DNA of 64,000 bases from a virus (taxonomy: Duplodnaviria > Caudoviricetes). A program made the translations under genes and the position numbers. The notes beneath the pieces were generated by a model. That model saw only the letters and a program-made list of their open reading frames with translations, was not told the origin of the DNA and searched no databases. Positions 57,277 through 64,000 of this stretch are shown piece by piece. The stretch covers positions 32,001 through 96,000 of IMG/VR virus record IMGVR_UViG_3300028591_000121, one strand, 5' to 3'. How positions within the stretch are numbered: the stretch's first letter is position 1; the number at the start of each line of letters is the position of its first letter.

Positions 57277-57481
57277 TGTGACCTTTGAAATCGACAAGGC
57301 TCGAATGTATGCAAAGTTTATCGATAGCTATATGGAAGATGTGAAGGATGAGCATATGTACGACGCATTCAAAGAGACGAGTGCTATCCTCACGAAGTAT
57401 GCGATGCTGCTTTCCAGTCTTCCTGTTAACTGTGACTTTAAATTCTAACTTTTTATCTTTATCTTAAAGCTGGTGAATAGT

Positions 57482-57985
57482 ATGAGACATAAGCGTAAGT
57501 ATATTAATCAGGGTGTCCGCAATTAGGTATTCAAGCGGTATGAGGGACACTGTGCCTACTGTGGATGTGTACTGAATAAGGATGAGATGGTCGTTGATCA
57601 CTTCTTCCCTGTGAGTAGATGGAAGCGTTCCCACAAGGAAGGAGATGTAGACGATGTGCTGAACCTGATGCCTTCCTGTAAGTCCTGTAATTATTGGAAG
57701 GGAGCTAAGTCTCCGGGCGGGTTCAAGGATTTCCTGAACAAGCAGTTTGATATCGTATATAAAGAGTCTGCGGGATTCCGTAATCTCCTGAGATATGGTC
57801 AGGTCTATCAGACTAACTCCCGCAGAGGAATTAAGTTCTATTATCAGAATAACTGTGAGTCTCTGGAATGGTGTGAGGAGACTGGATTCTCTCCTGAGAT
57901 TCAGCCCTGGTATAAAGACTGTGAGCCAGTTACGACTGATGCGAGATATGAAAAGAAAGAAGATGAGGACGTTGGGGAATCCTAA
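57482..57985 (+). CDS. HNH endonuclease; in-frame TAG at 57524
   Basis: VRN*VFKRYEGHCAYCG...VDHFFP...NLMPSCKSCNYWK. Confidence 0.88.
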
Positions 57986-58515
57986 ACCTATCCCGATCAC
58001 TGCTTGTCCGTTTTGCGGAAAAGAGTTTTCATCGGAAGACAGGATGGTGATTGCTGAAAAGCTCGTCGAAAAGGATGCAAATGGTAAGTATCTTTACCCT
58101 ACTTACCTTATTGTTTGTACGCATTGTCACGGAGACATGAGACTATCCCGCTACAGCCACTATTACGATGATGAGAGTGTGCCACCGACATGACGAACTA
58201 CGAATATATAATGGCGGGGCTTGACGATAGAAGACTGGCTGAACTGTTTAACGAAGGATGGAAAGGGTCGGAGTTTAAATCCAAAGTCTGGGATGCCTTC
58301 AATAAATGGACAGACAGTCTCCCCTATCATCAGGGGAATATCTATAATCCTCAGAGCGGACTCAATGGGCTTGATCCGAATCCTTTCGTCTTTAATAAGG
58401 TGTTTATTAAAAACTCTGATAATACACAGAGTTTTGGACGCAGTTTCTGCGTTGCTTTTCAGGACTGGTTGTTGTCCCAGTATGATCCTACTCAATGGGA
58501 ATGAGGTAAAAAAAT

Positions 58516-58725
58516 ATGATGTGGCTAGTGAAAATTACACGAAAGAATTCCGATCAAGTCCAGTTCGGGAATCTTCCCAACTGCCCCTACTCTGAAGCTA
58601 AGAAGTTTATCGAGCAAGCCAGGCAGAGCGATAGCGATATCGCTTCCGCAGATTAGTAGACTCCTGCTGTAGATGGGTCTGGTCAGTGGATTGAGATAGT
58701 TGAAATAGAAGGAGTAGTTATATGA
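58516..58725 (+). CDS. Hypothetical protein with tandem in-frame TAG TAG (58654-58659)
   Basis: SD GAGGT; IASAD**TPAVDGSGQWIEIVEIEGVVI; terminal TGA forms ATGA overlap with the next gene. Confidence 0.65.
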
Positions 58726-59879
58726 ATTGGGTAGCTTGTATTGTTTTGACTTTGGTGTTTCTTCTTTTGATTATAATCAGTTGGTGGTCAGGACATAACG
58801 AAGGGGTAAGAGAAGGAAGCCGTGAGCGTGATTGCGAATCAGCGACATGGGTTCGTATTCCGGGGCTGTCCTACAGAGAAGATGACGATACCGTACATAC
58901 GATATGTGAGTGTCCGAGATGTGGATTCAAACATGAGTTCATAGACGGGCTTGCTTACCAGTATAGGTATTGTCCGCAGTGCAGACTTAAATTGAACGGA
59001 GAAATAAAATGAGATACAGTACATTTCTGAAGAACCAAGAGACCGCTACTCATTATGCGAATCAGGCAAACTGCCGTAGATGTGCCTACGGAGAATGGGT
59101 CAGGACATCCGCTTTCTGTTCAGGCTTCGGGAGATCCAAGAAGATCCCGTACAAGAGTTGGGATACAGACAAAGTCGGTTACTGTAGTAAGTTTATTCCA
59201 AAGTCATCGAAAGAGGTGAAACAGGATGAAGCTACAGGTTGAATTTCAAGACTTGCGTAGAATGCTCAAAGAAAAATGCGAGGAAATTATCAGAGATAAA
59301 AAACTCGCATATGAGTTTTATTGTAGGATCTGCGAAATCGAAGAAGATGAAAGATTTGTTGTTGTTAAGGGACAGCCCAAGCAGGAGGCAAAACCGATGA
59401 CGGAATACGACGATGGATGGAATTGCCCTAGATGTGGATTAAAACTAATAGGAAAAACAGCAAGTGGATATCCGTGTGATGTGTTGGATTTACCAAATGA
59501 TGAAATTGTGAAGTATTGCCCAGTATGCGGACAGGCGGTGAAGTGGGATGAGACTGATTGACGCAGATGAACTTGAACAGAATATGTACGAGATGAGCGT
59601 GTACGCCGGGAACAACTACTATAAGGAAGCGGTTGCTTCTGCTGTAGCCGAGATTATTAACAACGCTCCGACTTATACGATTGAGCCGAGAGATAAAGAT
59701 AAGCTCCGCAGAGAAGTCGACCACGCCAAGATTCTGAATCAGGAGTACAAGGAACAAGTCAAGGCTGTTATCCGTGACTATATTACCTTCCTCGATCCTA
59801 CGACCGAAGAAAAAGAATATGAGACAGCGGAATGGATTCTGACTTTAATTGACGGTATCCCGGATTAACCATTGTATAT

Positions 59880-59921
59880 AACCTCTATGCGGCTATAATA
59901 AACCGTGTAGAGGTTCTTTTT
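59880..59921 (+). terminator. Terminator-like hairpin ending the long operon; loop contains TATAAT
   Basis: AACCTCTATGCGG-CTATAATAAA-CCGTGTAGAGGTT-CTTTTT. Confidence 0.65.
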
Positions 59922-60001
59922 GAAAGGGCTGATAACGTTTTATGAAACTTGAAAATTCTATATGGGTTCACGACTGCTGCTAGGATGAAGGGAGCAGTCC
60001 A

Positions 60002-61090
60002 ATGAAAAAGCGTCAGCGTTTCCACGTAACACTTATCAACGGAGAACAAGTCTGGATCACAGGCTACACAATCGACGAAGTATTTGATACCGCATTCAGG
60101 AAGTACGGGTATCTGTATCAGGATGTAATGGAGAAGCCCGCATCAAACGCCCCTACAATCGGCGAGTACATTAATAAGTGGCTCAATGAGTACCGCAGTA
60201 AGAAGATTGCGGGTAAGCGTTATATCAGTCTGAGTTCTATTATCAAGTCTCATATCGAACCCGCAATTGGAGATATGCACTTGGATGAGATGGACTCAGA
60301 TAAGGCAATGTGGTTTATTAATTCGTTAGAGGAATTGGAGAGTATTCAGTTCCTTGTCCTGTGGATTATGAAGAACTTGTATGAGTACGCAATTGAGGAT
60401 GGATATCTTAACAAGAATCCATTCAAGAGTTCCAAGATCTCCGTCACAAACCCGAATGCCAAGAGACGCTCGATGACTACAGAAGAAGTAGAAGATATGC
60501 TTAACAGAATTCCAGATCTTCCGCTGATGAAACAGTTGATAGTAGTTATCCCGCTATATACAGGCATGCGACTAGGAGAAGTCTTTGCTCTGGACTGGGA
60601 AGATATCGACTTTGACAAGAAGCTGATCCATGTAACGAAGACTCTGAGTCTTGACAAGGATAACACCCCGATTATTAAAGCTCCGAAGACAGATGCGGGT
60701 ATCAGGTATGTTCCTCTCCTGCCAGAACTTGAGGAGTATCTTCTGAAAGCTAGGCAACCGAGCGGAAGAGTGATCGTTTCCAAGAAGGGAAAACCTTACA
60801 ATTCTGGAGGAGCTACGGTCGAAGGGAACAGGACATTAAAGAAGCTCAACGTTCCGAAGGACATTACTTACCACTGCCTTCGTCATACCTTTGCTACGAT
60901 GATGGCAACACGTATTAATGCCAAGACTCTCCAGACAATTCTTGGTCATTCAGACTTCATGATCACGATGAATACCTACGTGGATACCACAAAAGAGCAG
61001 ACGGAAGACGTTGCAAAATTATGCGATAAACTCTATCAGAAAGTTGACACAAAATTGACAGAGAAAAGTTCTGAAAGCGTTGCGGTGTAA
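60002..61090 (+). CDS. int: Phage tyrosine integrase
   Basis: YTGMRLGEVFALDWEDIDF, PKTDAGIR, HCLRHTFAT, LGHSDFMITMNTY. Confidence 0.93.
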   Translation: MKKRQRFHVTLINGEQVWITGYTIDEVFDTAFRKYGYLYQDVMEKPASNAPTIGEYINKWLNEYRSKKIAGKRYISLSSIIKSHIEPAIGDMHLDEMDSDKAMWFINSLEELESIQFLVLWIMKNLYEYAIEDGYLNKNPFKSSKISVTNPNAKRRSMTTEEVEDMLNRIPDLPLMKQLIVVIPLYTGMRLGEVFALDWEDIDFDKKLIHVTKTLSLDKDNTPIIKAPKTDAGIRYVPLLPELEEYLLKARQPSGRVIVSKKGKPYNSGGATVEGNRTLKKLNVPKDITYHCLRHTFATMMATRINAKTLQTILGHSDFMITMNTYVDTTKEQTEDVAKLCDKLYQKVDTKLTEKSSESVAV

Positions 61091-61361
61091 GGAGTCCAGG
61101 CATAATTAATTAATATGCAATTGACATTTCGATGTCAACAACGAGATAAAAACGAGCCAGATCCCTTGTAAATAAACAAAGGTCTAAAACAGTGAATCTT
61201 CAATACACGAAAAGAACTTGAATAATTATGCATAATATGTGAATAAAACATAAGCAATAACCAGCATAAGTGAATCCATATAGGATAATTTCCACCAGCT
61301 CAAGAATCTTTAATTTATTTTTCAAGTGTCTACGCTTGGTCTGCTGAAAGTTATTCTAGTG

Positions 61362-61370
61362 TGATATAAT
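61362..61370 (+). promoter_or_regulatory. Extended -10 promoter (TGnTATAAT) for the RM operon
   Basis: TGATATAAT about 30 nt upstream of the methyltransferase start. Confidence 0.55.
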
Positions 61371-61401
61371 AGTTGCGAAACCGCAAGGAAGGAAACTAAG
61401 G

Positions 61402-62691
61402 ATGAGTGAGATAAGATTTATTGACTTGTTCGCTGGCATCGGGGGAATCCGTAAAGGCCTGGAACTGGCCTGTGAAGAGAGAGGGATCAAGACTCAGTGT
61501 GTATTCACGAGCGAGATCAAGCCCCATGCGATAGAGATTCTGAAACAGAACCACCCCGACGAAGAAATCCACGGAGATATTACTAAGATTTCTACGGATG
61601 AGATTCCGCAGTTTGATATTCTGCTTGGCGGGTTTCCGTGTCAGGCTTTCTCCGCTGCGGGTAAGAGACTTGGGTTCTACGATACCAGAGGTACTCTGTT
61701 CTTTGAAGTCGAACGTATTCTTGCTGAGAAGAAACCGTTCGGGTTTATCCTTGAGAACGTAGAGGGTCTCGTCAACCACGACAAAGAGAATCCAAAAGAC
61801 AAGATCGGACGTACACTGACAATTATTCTGGATCGACTCGTGAGTCTGGGATACAAGGTGAACTGGAAAGTTCTCAACGCCAAGGACTTTGGAGTTCCGC
61901 AGGACAGAAAGCGTATCTATATTATCGGAACTCTTAAAGAGACTCCAGATATGAGTCGGTTTCCGCATAAAGAAAAGTATGTACGGGATATTCTTGAACA
62001 GGGATTAGAGACGGAGACTAGTCCGTTTATTAATAAACTCCTCGCCCACTATAAACTCGAAGAACTTCCCGGAATGTCGATTAAAGACAAGCGTGGCGGA
62101 GATAATAATATCCACAGTTGGGATATCGGACTGAAGGGCGAAATCACGGAACGCCAGAGAACTCTCCTGAACATGATGATGACGGAGAGACGGAAGAAGA
62201 AGTGGGCAGAGATTTACGGGATCGACTGGATGGACGGTATGCCACTGACTCTGGGCATGATCAGGACTTTCTTTGATGCGGATGACTTGGAAGAGATGTT
62301 GGAAGATCTGGCTTCCAAGAAGTATGTCAGGAAGGAACACCCTAAAAAGAAAGTGGGACTCTTGCGAGTCCCAGATGAAGAGTTGCCTGTTGGCTATAAT
62401 ATTGTTGCGGGTAAGATGAGCTTTCAGGTGAGCAAAGTACTTGATCCTGATTCTATCTCTCCTACTCTGGTCGCTATGGATATGGAGCATCTGTATGTGA
62501 GAGACGGAGACGGGATTAGAAAGCTGAGTCTCAGAGAAGGACTCCGCCTGTTCGGATACCCAGAGGATTACAAGTTTGATATCGATAGAAACCTTGGATA
62601 TGATCTGCTTGGGAACACAGTCGTTGTTCCTGTAATCAAAGCTGTTGCGGGTAAAGTACTTGACATTTATCAAGGAGATAAATAGAAATGA
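61402..62691 (+). CDS. Type II C5 methyltransferase, M.NlaIV/NgoBV-like (ends 62685 if TAG is a stop)
   Basis: DLFAGIGG, GFPCQAFS, ENVEGL, PQDRKR, RKLSLREGLRLFGYP, LLGNTV; strong resemblance to recalled M.NlaIV; ends TAG-AAA-TGA. Confidence 0.92.
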
Positions 62692-63425
62692 TCAGGATGT
62701 CTGCACAGGAAGTATATGAAGCCCTGTTGAGTGAGGAACGGATTACAGAGATCGAAGGTCAGATAAGATTCTATCTGGGGACAGTAGATATAGTTGTCCG
62801 GCAGAGAGATGTAGTTGGCAATATAATTCAGGAGTGGCTACAGGGTTGGTTTGACACGCATGAGGTTTTATACTGTACGAATGACAACTCTCAGATGCCC
62901 CCGGATTTCTTTCTGAATCCGCAGAACAGAAAGACTGATATGTTGGAAGTCAAGGCGTTTAATATAGAAGCCTCTCCGGGATTTGATATTGCGGACTTCA
63001 ATATGTATCAGCAGGAGATCGTAGAGAAACCGTGGATGTTATATGTGGATTACCTGATCTTCGGGTATGAGATGATGGCAGACGGAACTGTTTTGATCAG
63101 AGACTTATGGCTGAAGAAAGTCTGGGAGATTACCAGACGAATGAAGGAGTGGCCTATTAATCTCCAGATCAAAGACAGAGTCGTACATAAGATTCGCCCA
63201 GGGGTTTTCTATAAGCGGATCGGATATCCTCCCTTCCAATGCCTTGAAGACTTTATCAGCGCAATCGAGGAAACCGTATATAAGAATCCAAAGACTCACG
63301 ATATAGCAGGACAGTGGCTCAACCAATTCCTTGGAAATTATGAGTACCATTACGGGGTTCGTCTGAATGTCCCAAGATGGAGAGACATAGCGGATACCTA
63401 CCAAGCCTTACCAAGGGGTATATAA
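62688..63425 (+). CDS. NgoBV/NlaIV-family type II restriction endonuclease (probably GGNNCC)
   Basis: VVGNIIQEWL, PPDFFL, LEVKAF, FDIADF, DYLIFGY, LKKVWEI; coupled to the methyltransferase. Confidence 0.85.
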   Translation: MIRMSAQEVYEALLSEERITEIEGQIRFYLGTVDIVVRQRDVVGNIIQEWLQGWFDTHEVLYCTNDNSQMPPDFFLNPQNRKTDMLEVKAFNIEASPGFDIADFNMYQQEIVEKPWMLYVDYLIFGYEMMADGTVLIRDLWLKKVWEITRRMKEWPINLQIKDRVVHKIRPGVFYKRIGYPPFQCLEDFISAIEETVYKNPKTHDIAGQWLNQFLGNYEYHYGVRLNVPRWRDIADTYQALPRGI

Positions 63426-63427
63426 AC

Positions 63428-63472
63428 AAAAAAATGGGGAGTAGACCAATTAAGATCTACTCCCCTAATTTT
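63428..63472. terminator. Bidirectional terminator between convergent RM and lysis genes
   Basis: A-tract, GGGGAGTAGA/TCTACTCCCC stem, T-rich tail. Confidence 0.85.
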
Positions 63473-63779
63473 ATTCTGCGGGTTTAATACCGGCTGCGAT
63501 CTGATCGATATCGAGTTGTTTCCATGCGGCTTGTAATGCGTTCATGACTTCCGCCGTGTTCACATTAAAACCTTTATTCTTCATAATCTCCAAAGCCTCC
63601 TTGAGCTTATCGCTTCCATGCCCACGCCCGTAAATAGCTTCGGCTGCCTACACTGCGTACTTAGCGACAGCCATAAGGTTGTTTTCCTTCAGCCACGGGA
63701 CAACATAACGCCGTAAAAGTTCCTCAAATAAAACTGCCTACAATGTAATTAGTGCAACTAACACAGGTGTCCAATTCAT
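63471..63779 (-). CDS. LL-H-family holin; in-frame TAGs at codons 14 and 44
   Basis: MNWTPVLVALITL*AVLFEELLRRYVVPWLK...YAV*AAEAIYGRGHGSDKLKEA...; SD GGGAG; 102 aa; absent from the ORF track. Confidence 0.85.
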
Positions 63780-63886
63780 ATTACTCACTCCCGTATACTT
63801 TATTTAAAAATTCCTAGTCATCCGCAGAAGCAACGTCCTCTGTATGAGAGAGGATCTCTGACGAGATACCTCTCCGATTCTTTAAT

Positions 63887-64000
63887 TTAGCCTACGCTCT
63901 CATCTATAATCTGATTATCTACAATTGACTTCGCTTCCTGATATGCATTCTTAATCTTAGATGTATTCTCTACTCCTGCCTTGACACTGTAGTTTGTAAT
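63887..64000 (-). CDS. C-terminal end of a late gene (partial; possibly lysis-module membrane protein)
   Basis: ...ITNYSVKAGVENTSKIKNAY...ESVG followed by TAA. Confidence 0.5.
   Translation of the reverse strand: MTNYSVKAGVENTSKIKNAYQEAKSIVDNQIIDESVG

Larger units (their letters stand above)
52865..59868 (+). other. Second array of about 28 small hypothetical genes
   Basis: Co-oriented overlapping ORFs with TAA/TGA stops; several contain in-frame TAG. Confidence 0.7.

Noticed and set aside
1497-63404. Numerous minus-strand ORFs in the track
   Set aside because: Shadow ORFs opposite well-supported plus-strand genes, with no motifs or SD sites.
30611-63779. TAG = Gln (the usual phage amber code) or TAG = Tyr
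   Set aside because: Gln or Tyr fits a few neutral sites but conflicts with hydrophobic contexts (MGTRH*IAV, W*EQE, EKM*NDAY, holin transmembrane helix, RemA beta strand). Not formally excluded without alignments.
1-64000. TGA recoding (Trp or Gly)
   Set aside because: TGA is a frequent genuine stop with many ATGA overlaps, and no conserved gene is broken by it.

Overview
The window is about 64 kb of a large, probably temperate phage of an anaerobic Firmicutes host (strong AAAGGAG Shine-Dalgarno sites, NrdD/NrdG, RemA-like gene, LL-H-type holin). Nearly all genes from 1.6 to 63.4 kb lie on the + strand. From left to right: a partial winged-helix gene and an iteron-like putative origin; an early/anti-defence region (Gp88-like, C5 methyltransferase, a split phosphorothioation-associated methyltransferase-like pair, ArdC, ASCH); RNA ligase, Xer-like recombinase, Sak4, SSB, sigma factor, primase-helicase, PD-(D/E)XK nuclease, antirepressor and DnaE; nucleotide metabolism (ThyX, dUTPase, NrdD/G); RuvC, a DHH phosphoesterase and a methyltransferase split over three reading frames; a long array of small genes containing five tRNA-shaped but non-canonical RNAs; an integrase; an NlaIV/NgoBV-like restriction-modification pair; and the convergent end of a lysis module. 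Main finding: TAG behaves as a sense codon. I read 22 in-frame TAGs in 14 genes, and over 100 gene ends I checked use TAA or TGA, the single apparent exception being explained by read-through. The sequence contexts point to leucine, not the glutamine reported for amber-recoded phages. No suppressor tRNA is visible in this window. All family assignments come from motifs recognised by eye; no database searches were run.
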